Shown here piece by piece: positions 10,020 through 19,600 of a stretch of 64,000 nucleotides of DNA (position 1 is its first letter; every line of letters begins with the position of its first letter). The stretch comes from a virus. The DNA is taken from positions 3,563 through 67,562 of the IMG/VR virus record IMGVR_UViG_3300048588_000891. One strand, given 5' to 3'. A program made the position numbers and the translations under genes. Under the pieces are notes generated by a model. It did not search any database, was not told where the DNA came from, and was given only the letters and a program-made list of their open reading frames with translations.

Positions 10020-10271
10020 GCCTCTGGCTCCGAGCCTGATACGGACGATACGTTTGCCTATCCTTCCGGATTGGCGCTCAGCAACTTGTGAAGCGGATCC
10101 AGCAGTGAAAGATCCGATGCGAAGTGAGTGGCTGGAGAGACTGCTAACATTCGGCTGATTAACAGTGGATGGTCGACTGTTGCAAAGCTGAGTACGTTGG
10201 CGGCTGCTATATGGGCTGTTACACCCGATTTTCTTGAATATATTTTAGTATTTTTATATAGTTAACTTTAG

Positions 10272-11651
10272 TTGCAACCGATCTATGGTGAGATATTGAC
10301 TTTCATTCGCCCGAGGCTGACGGACCATTTTGGCATTTCAATTAGTCAGGAAATTGCCGATTTCGCGATTCCTTTTCTCGACGAAGATTTACCGCTGTTC
10401 GTAGATCCGTTTCTTCTCTGGAAGTCCCCATCGCAGCAGGACCAAGCTCTTCATCAGAGCATGATCCACGCATTTCGCGCTCTAATTTCGAAGGGAACCG
10501 AGGACCAGAGAGTAAAAAAGTTGCAGGCAATTTCAGAATGTGATGAAGTCGGACTTGGATCATCAGCAACCCGCCGCGGCGTACGAATCGGAGCACCGAT
10601 TGCAAGATCACTCATTGCTCATTTCGAAGCTAATAAGGGAAGCGAGATTGATCACCTTGAAGAAGTACAGCTTCTTGTAGATCAAGTCTCGAAGGACAGG
10701 ATTAGTGATTTTGCTTGCACTCTACTAAAGTCATTTATTATTGACTTCACTATTGATCAGTGTCTCAAGTACTGCATTCCAATGCAGAGAGCAAGTATCG
10801 GCTATATCTACGACCCTAGGAAGGACTCGTTTGGTTCTGTAGACGTCAATGTCCCTTGTAACCCACGCGACGGAAAGCCTTTACTTCTTGTTCCCAAAAG
10901 GTGGCTGAGATTCAGCCCTTGGATCAGCTATGAAGATTATTTCAAAAACCACTACCTAAAGAAGTATGTCGAAGAAGGAAGTGAGTACCCTGGCCGGATC
11001 GAGACTCTGAGCTTTAATCGCGATAATTACGGAGTGGTTAAGCAGTATATCGAGGTTCGAGAGAGAACGTCCACCGACTGTCAGAATGATCCTCTATTTA
11101 CAGCTCTTCCTGTCGTCTCAGCAAAGCGAACCTTTAATGCAATCCAGAAAATTGTGTCTGGGAATGCGGAAGGTGCCGATAAACAATATGAAGAGCATAT
11201 CTGTAAACTTCTGCCATCACTTTTCTATCCACACTTGGACTTTGCTAGTGCGCAGTCTCGGACAGAGTCAGGCGTACATATACGCGATCTCATTTTCTAC
11301 AATAATAAGGGCACCGACTTCCTCAGCGAAATCTGGGACAAATATTCGTGTCGTCAGATCGTCTGCGAACTAAAAAACGTGAAGGAATTGGAACGCGATC
11401 ACATAAATCAGCTCAACAGATACCTCAAAGAGTCTTTTGGATTTTTTGGCGTCTTTGTCACACGGAATAAACCAAAAAAGAATATTTACAGGAATTTAGT
11501 GGATCTTTGGTCGGGGCAAAGAAAGTGCATCCTGGTCTTGACCGACGAAGATATCGAACTGATGGTGAATGTCTTTGAGTCGAAACAACGAGCGCCAATA
11601 GAGATACTCAAGAAGAAATACGTGGAATTTATGCGGGACTGCCCTGGTTGA
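10272..11651 (+). CDS. Putative PD-(D/E)xK nuclease-domain protein, candidate defence gene
   Basis: C-terminal YEEHI...RDLIFYN...IVCELKN...INQLNRYL fits a restriction-like nuclease motif; first gene of the AT-richer island. Confidence 0.55.
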   Translation: MQPIYGEILTFIRPRLTDHFGISISQEIADFAIPFLDEDLPLFVDPFLLWKSPSQQDQALHQSMIHAFRALISKGTEDQRVKKLQAISECDEVGLGSSATRRGVRIGAPIARSLIAHFEANKGSEIDHLEEVQLLVDQVSKDRISDFACTLLKSFIIDFTIDQCLKYCIPMQRASIGYIYDPRKDSFGSVDVNVPCNPRDGKPLLLVPKRWLRFSPWISYEDYFKNHYLKKYVEEGSEYPGRIETLSFNRDNYGVVKQYIEVRERTSTDCQNDPLFTALPVVSAKRTFNAIQKIVSGNAEGADKQYEEHICKLLPSLFYPHLDFASAQSRTESGVHIRDLIFYNNKGTDFLSEIWDKYSCRQIVCELKNVKELERDHINQLNRYLKESFGFFGVFVTRNKPKKNIYRNLVDLWSGQRKCILVLTDEDIELMVNVFESKQRAPIEILKKKYVEFMRDCPG

Positions 11652-11665
11652 GGATGGGGGATTAG

Positions 11666-12043
11666 ATGAACCAGGAAGAAGTGGAAAGCTTTGAGAAGAT
11701 TGAAAGCCAAATGCGATCAGTGTATGGCGAGATCAGTAACCTTTCGAAGAAAAATCCCAACGATGGGCTGAACAAGTTCAAGCTAAATATCATTAACAAA
11801 CTTCTGATTGGTGCCAATTCTATTCTAGGGGATGAGTACAAGCCTACAGATGATTTCTCAGCTTTTGATATTGATGAGGTTCCAACAAATAGTGATGTGG
11901 TATTCGTCTGCGCACAATACCTTTCTTGTTTGGAAAAACTTCGGTCAGATAATATCTACCATTCTCTGGGTGAATGGTATTGGGTCATAGACCATGAACG
12001 TAGCCATAGGGAAACCAGACCCCCCGAACGAATCGGAAGGTAA
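11666..12043 (+). CDS. Hypothetical protein, paralog A
   Basis: Shares LSKKxPxxxLNKxKxxxINK...PxNSDxV...Q[YF] with the next gene. Confidence 0.7.
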   Translation: MNQEEVESFEKIESQMRSVYGEISNLSKKNPNDGLNKFKLNIINKLLIGANSILGDEYKPTDDFSAFDIDEVPTNSDVVFVCAQYLSCLEKLRSDNIYHSLGEWYWVIDHERSHRETRPPERIGR

Positions 12044-12050
12044 AATATCA

Positions 12051-12440
12051 ATGGCTGATAAAAATAACGATGGTGCCCCGTCCAGAGCAGATATACAAAA
12101 TTTTCTGCTGATCGAGCCTTTGATTGGTTCGCTCATGGATGAGATGAAAGAGCTTTCAAAGAAAAAGCCAGACGGTTTGCTCAACAAGCTTAAGGTGTCC
12201 ATGATTAATAAGAGGCTAAAGCCTATGAAGGATCTTGTCAGGTCCCTTCCGATTGCCCAATTCTTGGACGAACTCGACGAGGAATCTCTCCCAAGTAACA
12301 GCGACACGGTTTTAATAGTAGGCCAGTTCACTGCAGCCCTAAAAGCATATAGAACGGCATTCCGGGGGCATCAGGGAGGACGTTCCGGATGGTTTACAGA
12401 TGAAGGTTTTATTGAAGACGGCGAGATTAGAGATAGGTGA
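12051..12440 (+). CDS. Hypothetical protein, paralog B
   Basis: LSKKKPDGLLNKLKVSMINKRL...LPSNSDTVLIVGQF; ATG 7 bp after paralog A. Confidence 0.7.
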   Translation: MADKNNDGAPSRADIQNFLLIEPLIGSLMDEMKELSKKKPDGLLNKLKVSMINKRLKPMKDLVRSLPIAQFLDELDEESLPSNSDTVLIVGQFTAALKAYRTAFRGHQGGRSGWFTDEGFIEDGEIRDR

Positions 12441-12609
12441 TGAATCCATTCGAGCAGCAGTAAAGATTAATAACAACAACCGTCATCTTTCATTAAACGC
12501 CTGTCGTTACAGCCTTTCAGGTATCTAACAGCTCGACACCAGGGCTAGGAGACTTCGATTATGCTATAATGATAGCCTTTCCAGGTATGCAGGAGACTTC
12601 AAAAGTTTC

Positions 12610-13299
12610 ATGATAAAAAGAGAACCGAATCCGCCCCTCAAGAAAGTTTTAAGTGTAGACAAATTCGAAGAAATCTTTTGGTATGCTAAAATAGGTCTTT
12701 TTCCGAGGCTCCTCCGAGAAGGAGATCATATCCCCACGCTGCAAGGAGCGGCAGCTGCATTTGCAATCTTATATTGGGTTTTTCCCCATTTTTTGGTCAG
12801 TTCCAGAATCCTCGAGCCGTTTGATTACGAGCCGGTGTTCCTTACGCAGGCGAATTACTTTTGGGCCTTCATCGTCAATTTTGTCATTATGTCTCCACCG
12901 GCTGCAGCAACCGCTCTTGTTCTGAAGCTATTGACTAAAGATATTAACTGGGATTGGTGGTCCGTATACTATGTGCAGTTCTTGATTACACTGGGATTTT
13001 TGGATGTCTCGGTCCAATTGTTTGGCCCCCAAATTTGTGGAATCATGTTTGAAGATAGTCCCCTAAAATGGCAGATCGCACTTTGTATTTTTGCAGTTGT
13101 CTTTGTATTGATGATATTGAGGCCTGCTAGAAGGGCAAAATCTGGGGGATTCTCAAAAAAAATTAGGTATGGTGCTTTTGTATTAATAGCAATCGGAATA
13201 TCCTACTATAACGCCTCCATCGACTATCCATCGCGCTATGTTAACCCAAACGCATCTGAGGCCTGTTACAATGAAGCAATCAAAAAACTATCGAAATAG
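12610..13299 (+). CDS. Multi-pass membrane protein, unknown function
   Basis: About five hydrophobic segments. Confidence 0.6.
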   Translation: MIKREPNPPLKKVLSVDKFEEIFWYAKIGLFPRLLREGDHIPTLQGAAAAFAILYWVFPHFLVSSRILEPFDYEPVFLTQANYFWAFIVNFVIMSPPAAATALVLKLLTKDINWDWWSVYYVQFLITLGFLDVSVQLFGPQICGIMFEDSPLKWQIALCIFAVVFVLMILRPARRAKSGGFSKKIRYGAFVLIAIGISYYNASIDYPSRYVNPNASEACYNEAIKKLSK

Positions 13300-13734
13300 A
13301 GCGGCTGCATAAACCGCTCTCAGAGCCGTGCATAACTTGCGAGTGCAGACAAGGTTTTCTGATCGTTTGAAGCGGAGAGTCATATAGCTGATTTATGCGA
13401 CAGTTACACAAACCATTCAGTGACAGGTGATTCAAGTCAAATGGTGGGTTTTTTAAGGAATCCTGACCATCCCCCTATGACAGCCGCCGAAGCGCCGGCA
13501 AGGAAGCGGGACCTTGAAGCGTTTTTCAAGCTCAAGACTGGACAGCAGTGAAGCAGATCCTGGTTGCCTTCGCCCCCTTAGCTGGTTATAGTGAGTAAAA
13601 TCGACCATTTCGCCCCTGCGATAAGGATTTTGGATTTTTCCGCCACTAGGCTCCAGAGGCATTCGTAGGAGTGTTTTTAACGGGAAATTTAAGCGGTTTC
13701 GTGCAGGTCTGAAGGACGATCTCGAATCGTCTGT

Positions 13735-13971
13735 CTAATCTTCTTTTTCATTTCTGGTCGGTTGCCAGTCTTCAGCCAGCGCGTCTTCCAGTGTCAGCTC
13801 CATAGAATCAGATGCCTTGACATAGTCGTTCAATTTTTCGTCGAATCGATATTCAGCACCATCTCTGCACAGGACCAATGAACCTGACCAATTAGATCGC
13901 TTCATCAGCCTGTATTTTTTAACCGCATCTTTAAGGTTCATCTGGGCTTGATATCCTTGATCGTGAAGCAA
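13735..13971 (-). CDS. Small hypothetical phage protein
   Basis: C-terminal LTLEDALAEDW resembles small phage DUF2829-like proteins. Confidence 0.45.
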   Translation of the reverse strand: MLHDQGYQAQMNLKDAVKKYRLMKRSNWSGSLVLCRDGAEYRFDEKLNDYVKASDSMELTLEDALAEDWQPTRNEKED

Positions 13972-14374
13972 CAGTCTTTGCCAAAACCCTTTTGGAGCAA
14001 ATTTTATAACGCCAAATGGCAGAAAAATCCAGAATCATTACCGCCCCCCAAGCCCTGAAGGATGTCGAACCAACCACAATCACAAGATGTCACTTCCTCT
14101 TCTCTCATAGTCAATGTTATCCCGTCCTGCAAAGGAGGGCATCGTATGGGAGAATTAATCGATATCAACGGGATTCTGGCAGTCGGTCGGGAAGTGGCCC
14201 AATATGAACGCGAAGAGCGGGAACGATTTCTGGCAGCTTTCGAGCGGATTCGCCCGATTCTGCTGGACCTCAAAACCGTCCTTGATGCGGTATCCGCCTC
14301 GTCGGACTGATCAGCATGGTAGAGTTTCTGGAAGAATGATCCTTTCTTCCAAGAAGTTCCGCAATATTTGTGGT

Positions 14375-15673
14375 TCAGAGATGTGGGGCAGGTTTTTCTT
14401 TTTCAAGATTAATGGCTCTTATGACAAACCATCCAGATTCAGTCATATTGATAAATCGCTTCGTGTTATTGTCTTCATCTTGTACTACATCCACTAATCC
14501 AGCTTGAGTGAGCTGTCTAAGTGGCTCAATAAGAGCCTGTGTGGTAGGATAGCCGAGATCTTCGTATCGGCTCCTCGCGACGTTTCCGCCAGCATCGGCA
14601 ATCTTAGCTAAAAGATTTTTCCCAGCATTTGTGATTGTTCGTTCCGCCGCAATCAGTTTTTTCGAACATTCTTCGTCAAGCCAGGACGAGAAAGCCTTGT
14701 CCCGGTCAGACCGAGCCTTTTCGTCAAATTCAAGAAATTGATCGCAAAAGGTATCAGAGTAAGACAATGTTCGTCTTACATTTGACGAGAAAGTATTATA
14801 AAGATCAACGAATGACCTTGAGGATATTGGAATTTTTTCGTCACAATTTTTATCAACTGCAAAAGTTGTGATGCGCGATTCATATAGCTCTCTAGGGTCG
14901 ATGTTAGCATCCTTTTCACCAATTTCTATTGGAAGAGCAAGGAAGTCAGCCAATGATCCTGCACTCGCCATTCCTCGAACAACTCCAAGAGATCCACATA
15001 GCACCCATTTTACTCCATTCATTACCAGCAGCTCATCACGAAGTGCATTGAAAACTTTCTTCGCATTCGACGATGTTTCGAGAATTTCAAGATTATCAAT
15101 CACACAGACCACTTTTCCTTTTCTCTCGTGGAAGGACGAAAGCCACGACGTAACGAGATTTGGAAATCCAACTGTCTCGAACTGCCCTCCGGTTGGTGCT
15201 CTTCCCCCACCTGCGTTCATACCAAAAGCAGGTACATTGAATCCAACACTGACCTGCTTCAAATAAGGTTCGTTGAGCCATGTGTCTATATCTTGCTGCT
15301 TAAACAGTTCACCATCCAATACCCCCCTATATTTTAGGAGCGAGTTTGCAATCTGGAGATAGACGGCCATTTTGAACGAATCAACAGTGGCATCGTTGTT
15401 AAGCTCAAATCTTTTAACACAGGGAATAATCGGGGCAGACTTGTTGGCTAGGAAATTTGTATAAGCTCTAAACGTGGCAACATTCACAAGACTCGTTTTG
15501 CCGGTCCCTTTAGGACCCTCGACAGTTATGACTTTTTCCTCGTTCAGGCGGCGAAGAAACGTCGCCAGTTCTTTTCCTCTACCGACGAAAAGTTGCGATC
15601 CAATTTCATTGCCCTCCAGTGCGAACACGCTGAATGGATTGCCTTTAAATCCCCACTGCTCGTACTTAGTCAT
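14375..15673 (-). CDS. P-loop AAA/STAND-like ATPase with C-terminal wHTH
   Basis: N-terminal NPF, FVGR, Walker A GPKGTGKTS, Walker B VCVIDNLE, C-terminal LRQLTQAGLV. Confidence 0.85.
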   Translation of the reverse strand: MTKYEQWGFKGNPFSVFALEGNEIGSQLFVGRGKELATFLRRLNEEKVITVEGPKGTGKTSLVNVATFRAYTNFLANKSAPIIPCVKRFELNNDATVDSFKMAVYLQIANSLLKYRGVLDGELFKQQDIDTWLNEPYLKQVSVGFNVPAFGMNAGGGRAPTGGQFETVGFPNLVTSWLSSFHERKGKVVCVIDNLEILETSSNAKKVFNALRDELLVMNGVKWVLCGSLGVVRGMASAGSLADFLALPIEIGEKDANIDPRELYESRITTFAVDKNCDEKIPISSRSFVDLYNTFSSNVRRTLSYSDTFCDQFLEFDEKARSDRDKAFSSWLDEECSKKLIAAERTITNAGKNLLAKIADAGGNVARSRYEDLGYPTTQALIEPLRQLTQAGLVDVVQDEDNNTKRFINMTESGWFVIRAINLEKEKPAPHL

Positions 15674-15820
15674 TCGTTCGCTCCCACAATTATGAGACGA
15701 TTACTGAGCCTTAGATTCTATCAGAACAAGTTGATGTATATGCTAAGTGCATCAGCAGTACCTAAAAAAATTAACTGCATACCCGCAAAGGCAGCAAAGT
15801 AAGCCGCGGTTAGGCACGAT

Positions 15821-15892
15821 TTCCACCTAATAATATCCCTGCCCCCCCAGCGCCCCTCAGCTGGTGATCTGAAAACACAGGGGTTTATTGGA
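15821..15892 (+). repeat. Copy A of ~65-bp degenerate intergenic direct repeat
   Basis: ATATCCCTGC...CAGCTGGTGATCTGAAAACA...TTTATTGGA matches the copies at 17284 and 17450. Confidence 0.8.
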
Positions 15893-15906
15893 AGTCCGAT
15901 TAACGC

Positions 15907-17118
15907 TTAACCAGTGCAGGTGTTAGGGAGATTAGGAAATCCATCGAGTTCGGCATCAATTTTATTTAAATAATCTTTAACATTTCCTGAATTCAATGAA
16001 CTCAAGAAGGCATCAAGCGCATTTTGCAAGTCAACTAAACGGGATATATCAATATCCACCTGCTTCGATCGTTCAAAAATGCCAGACAGTTCGATTTCGG
16101 AAAAAAATGTTTCGCGTTCCCAGAATTCAATCTTCAGACGACTGCAGGCATCCTTTGCTTTCTTAGTCAAGTATGATGTTGTTATAAGCATGCAATTGGT
16201 TGCCGAATACATAGACGCGCCACCTTTGAGTTTCATAACGTCTTCACTGCCAACAGTATAATTTTCGTTGTATCGTTTACACTGAATGGCAATCGCTGAG
16301 ACACCCAATTGACTTGCGATAAGATCCACTCCAAAATCGCCCGTCTGCGGTGTTTTTTTTACTGAGAATCCTTTGCGCTTGAAAATTTCGGCTACCAAAT
16401 CCTCGAATTGAATCCCTGTCATCGAATCAATTTTGTCTTTAGACGAAATTAAGCTCTTCTGAATGGTTTGGCACTCATAGATTTTTATTTGCATCTTTTC
16501 TTTTACTTTACGGATGTGATCAAGATGTGGATACAATTTTTTCACAGCATTACAAAAATCGTCGCTGGTATTTATAGATTCCAAGAAATCGCGCGGATAT
16601 TTCTTCCCTTCCAAAAAATTATCAACTATAGCTGATATAGGTTCAACCCTGTCAACCCAGTTTTCAAGGCGCGAGATAGTGCCCTCGCCCTCGAGATTTT
16701 TCATCATTGATTCGTGAACTGCAGAATAGACTCGTTCTTCTTTTTTATTTTTTCCCCTCATACCCAGCGCGCCCGATCCGAGTTTAGTCTCTTCTGCGGC
16801 TTGATAAGGTGAAGAGAACTCTTTTCTCATAGCCTCAGCAAAGATGCGTTCAAAATCTTTTGGCGAAATTTTTGATTTTGCCAAATCAAGAAGTTTCTCT
16901 CTTTCTAAGAGTGATTTTTTTCTGCTAAATTCAATATAAAGAATCGAGGCCAAAACCCCAAATACACAGGCCAAGAATGGATTTATCTCGATAGAAAATA
17001 CCGCGGACAATAACCAGCTAATGAGCAAAGCTACTGGCACTGTGACCACGCTATAAAAAAGCACTAGAAAAATATATAATAATATTACAACCAAAGTCTC
17101 TTCAGTTGGATTTGACAA
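15907..17118 (-). CDS. Membrane-anchored Mrr-family restriction endonuclease
   Basis: N-terminal TM helices; Mrr_cat motifs GIQFEDLVAEIF...TPQTGDFGVDLIA...AIQCKRY...LITTSYLT. Confidence 0.88.
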   Translation of the reverse strand: MSNPTEETLVVILLYIFLVLFYSVVTVPVALLISWLLSAVFSIEINPFLACVFGVLASILYIEFSRKKSLLEREKLLDLAKSKISPKDFERIFAEAMRKEFSSPYQAAEETKLGSGALGMRGKNKKEERVYSAVHESMMKNLEGEGTISRLENWVDRVEPISAIVDNFLEGKKYPRDFLESINTSDDFCNAVKKLYPHLDHIRKVKEKMQIKIYECQTIQKSLISSKDKIDSMTGIQFEDLVAEIFKRKGFSVKKTPQTGDFGVDLIASQLGVSAIAIQCKRYNENYTVGSEDVMKLKGGASMYSATNCMLITTSYLTKKAKDACSRLKIEFWERETFFSEIELSGIFERSKQVDIDISRLVDLQNALDAFLSSLNSGNVKDYLNKIDAELDGFPNLPNTCTG

Positions 17119-17283
17119 GTATTAAACCTCCAGACTGTTTCGTCCCTTGCGACGAGGCGATCTAATCCAAACTTTTCATTGCGCAGGTACGGTAAGTACA
17201 TGACATGCGCGTTTTACAAATATGCATTGAAAGCTCATTTCAATTGTAAGCGTATTAGCGGACCACGGGTAGCATCTATCCAT

Positions 17284-17340
17284 CCCCGTCTGATAATATC
17301 CTGCTCTCATCACCCGTAGCTGGATGATCGAAAAACGTTT
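17284..17340 (+). repeat. Copy B of intergenic direct repeat
   Basis: CCCGTCTGATAATATCCTGCTCTCATCACCCGTAGCTGGATGATCGAAAAAC. Confidence 0.75.
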
Positions 17341-17449
17341 TTAGCTGAATAGACAAATATTCGGATCCCATGAAAGCCATGGGTATGCTCTGCTCACCTG
17401 AAATGAAGCCAAGAAGGTAAGCGGCTCATGAACACACGGATGGAAACCA

Positions 17450-17516
17450 ATCCCGCCTGATCGTATCCTGCCTCATCAACCCGCAGCTGGTGATCTGAAA
17501 ACAGCAGTTTATCGGA
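17450..17516 (+). repeat. Copy C of intergenic direct repeat
   Basis: CCCGCCTGATCGTATCCTGCCTCATCAACCCGCAGCTGGTGATCTGAAAACAGCAGTTTATCGGA. Confidence 0.8.
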
Positions 17517-17730
17517 CGAATTTTTCAGATGAATGTACGCTGAAGCAAGTCTCGGAAATTGCTGGAACTTTTTTTCGTGATCGAAAAACCCCCTCATTCG
17601 CTGAAATTTGGCCCTCTTAGGCTGGTAAAAGACCTATGTTATAAAAAGACCTTAATAAAAAAAGATCTAAATAAAAATTGACCTTTTCCGATAAGATCCT
17701 TAATATCGACGTGTTTACAGGGGGCGTCTA

Positions 17731-17997
17731 ATGAGTGATGTAATCAAAAAACCGCTGTCAGAAGCGAAGACCGAATTCAATGAGCTGGTGAGGCTTGTTG
17801 AATATGAAGGAATCGAAATCGTAATCATGCGGCATGGGAAAGCGTGTGCCCGACTTGTCCCAATGGAAAAGAAGGAAGCTCCGAAGCTGGCTGGCTTCAT
17901 GCGCGACCTGGTTTCCTATCCTGCTGGAGCTGATTTTGAGCTGAATGATGATGCCTGGGGAGAAATTGAAGCCGATGGCGAAAAAATCAGGAAGTAA
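17731..17997 (+). CDS. Phd/YefM-family antitoxin
   Basis: LSEAKTEFNELVRLVE...IVIMRHGKACARLVP; overlaps the PIN gene. Confidence 0.9.
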   Translation: MSDVIKKPLSEAKTEFNELVRLVEYEGIEIVIMRHGKACARLVPMEKKEAPKLAGFMRDLVSYPAGADFELNDDAWGEIEADGEKIRK

Positions 17998-18412
17998 CGC
18001 TCTTCTGCTGGATACTCATATTCTCCTCTGGCTTTCACATGGCGATCCGCGGCTTCCAGAGTCGGCGCAGATCGAGATAGAGAAGGCCAGCCGACGCAAG
18101 GAACTGTGCCTTAGCGTCATCACTCTTTGGGAAATTGGATATCTCGTCAGTAAGGAACGGATCAAGCTTGCGGTTGATCTTCCAACCTTTTGGGAACAGG
18201 TACTGACACGGCTGAAGGCCAATGAGCTGCAGATTAATTCTGGAGATGTTGTCGCCTATCATTCTTTGCCTGAAGGGTTCCACGGGGATCCTGGAGATCG
18301 ATTCCTCGTGGCTCAGGCCAGAAGCAGAGGTCTTCGGATCATGACGGCGGATGGGAAGATCCTTGCAATCCGGGAACAGCTGGAGCCCGCAATCGTGGTT
18401 CCTGTTCCATGA
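17975..18412 (+). CDS. vapC: VapC/PIN-domain toxin
   Basis: LLLDTHILLW...SVITLWEI...HGDPGDRFLVAQA...MTADGKI. Confidence 0.92.
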   Translation: MAKKSGSNALLLDTHILLWLSHGDPRLPESAQIEIEKASRRKELCLSVITLWEIGYLVSKERIKLAVDLPTFWEQVLTRLKANELQINSGDVVAYHSLPEGFHGDPGDRFLVAQARSRGLRIMTADGKILAIREQLEPAIVVPVP

Positions 18413-18508
18413 AGTGCGGATCTTGCAATTACAGCTCAAAGCCAAGCGCAGCCTCGAACGATCTTTCAGATTTCTATCTGACGCCGTCCAATATGATCAG
18501 GATCTTCC

Positions 18509-19018
18509 ATGAATGAACTTCTTTTCACACAAAAAGACTTGGAAACGCAGTTTAATGAGGTATTCCAGAAACGTTGCCCTCCGATATTATGGATCCATGA
18601 TCTAGGACCTACGGAGTGCGGCGAAGGAAACCAATTCTACTGGGCATTTGCACGAAAGAGTCTTGTCCCAAATCCAGTCGCCTTCTATCTTCGTGCTGGC
18701 GCGTTGTTCTTCGCAGATTCTTACGTTTTTGACGATGGCTCACCCTTTCCAGGATACAGTCGATTGACGGTTGAAGAAGTGGAAAGTTTGAGCAAGACAG
18801 AAATCCGGGAACACCTATTGGATAGAACCATCAAACATCTTACATACGAGGGATTGAAAGATTTGGAGAGATGGATGGGCGCTCCCCCGACATCGCTAAC
18901 ATTAGAGCTACGTGGAAAATTCCTACGCGGTATTGAACTCCATCACAAAGACCAAAGGGGGTTTTTCTGGGAGACGGAAAAATACTGGGGATTTATCGAT
19001 TGGTGGAGCTTTTGGTAA
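18509..19018 (+). CDS. Hypothetical protein
   Basis: Clean 169-aa ORF, no recognised motif. Confidence 0.55.
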   Translation: MNELLFTQKDLETQFNEVFQKRCPPILWIHDLGPTECGEGNQFYWAFARKSLVPNPVAFYLRAGALFFADSYVFDDGSPFPGYSRLTVEEVESLSKTEIREHLLDRTIKHLTYEGLKDLERWMGAPPTSLTLELRGKFLRGIELHHKDQRGFFWETEKYWGFIDWWSFW

Positions 19019-19102
19019 ACTCCCGGCCATCCCTTCTCGCCGAACCAAAGAATCATGGCGATATCAGCCAGACGATGGTTCTAATGACATCAATCAATAG
19101 AA

Positions 19103-19139
19103 AATGAAAACCCGCTGGCAGAAACAGCGGGTTTTCATT
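19103..19139. terminator. Bidirectional intrinsic terminator
   Basis: AATGAAAACCCGCTG-N7-CAGCGGGTTTTCATT between convergent genes. Confidence 0.8.
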
Positions 19140-19585
19140 CACTCTTCGATTTCCAAGGTGGCCTCCAGCCTCTCAAGTTCTGAAGCCGGCACGATCTCGA
19201 CCTTTGGTTTGAGCTGGGGAGCCAGATCGCTTTCAAAAAGCGGAAGCGTACCAGGGAGAGCCATCGAACGTACAACTGAACGACTGAATTCAGTTTGCAA
19301 ATTTTCAGCATCGGAAGGTGCATAGAACCGGATGCTGGTCCTGGAACTCAAAGAAGACGCTCTCATGCTTCGCGGTTGGATGGTTTCCCTTTGTGGGACC
19401 ATATAGACCGGATCAGCACCAAACTCGGTATAGCGAATCACGCCGCCATTCATTGCGCCTTCTCTCAGCGACATTAGCTCGGCACTTTCGAGGCGCACGG
19501 CAGGAGGAGTTCCGCCACCAACGGAGCCAGCATTTCCAATTGTAGTCCATCCGATTATTAAAGCGGCTACTATTTTAAGCTTCAT
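19139..19585 (-). CDS. Secreted protein 1 with Gly-rich mature N-terminus (GSVGGGTPPAV)
   Basis: Signal peptide MKLKIVAALIIGWTTIGNA; AGAGGA RBS; 15 bp downstream of HTH regulator 1. Confidence 0.8.
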   Translation of the reverse strand: MKLKIVAALIIGWTTIGNAGSVGGGTPPAVRLESAELMSLREGAMNGGVIRYTEFGADPVYMVPQRETIQPRSMRASSLSSRTSIRFYAPSDAENLQTEFSRSVVRSMALPGTLPLFESDLAPQLKPKVEIVPASELERLEATLEIEE

Positions 19586-19600
19586 GAGTTGATCCTCTGG

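Noticed and set aside
10143-10201. attC-like imperfect hairpin (GCTAAC...GTTGGC)
   Set aside because: Single copy that depends on G-T pairs, and no integrase; insufficient support.
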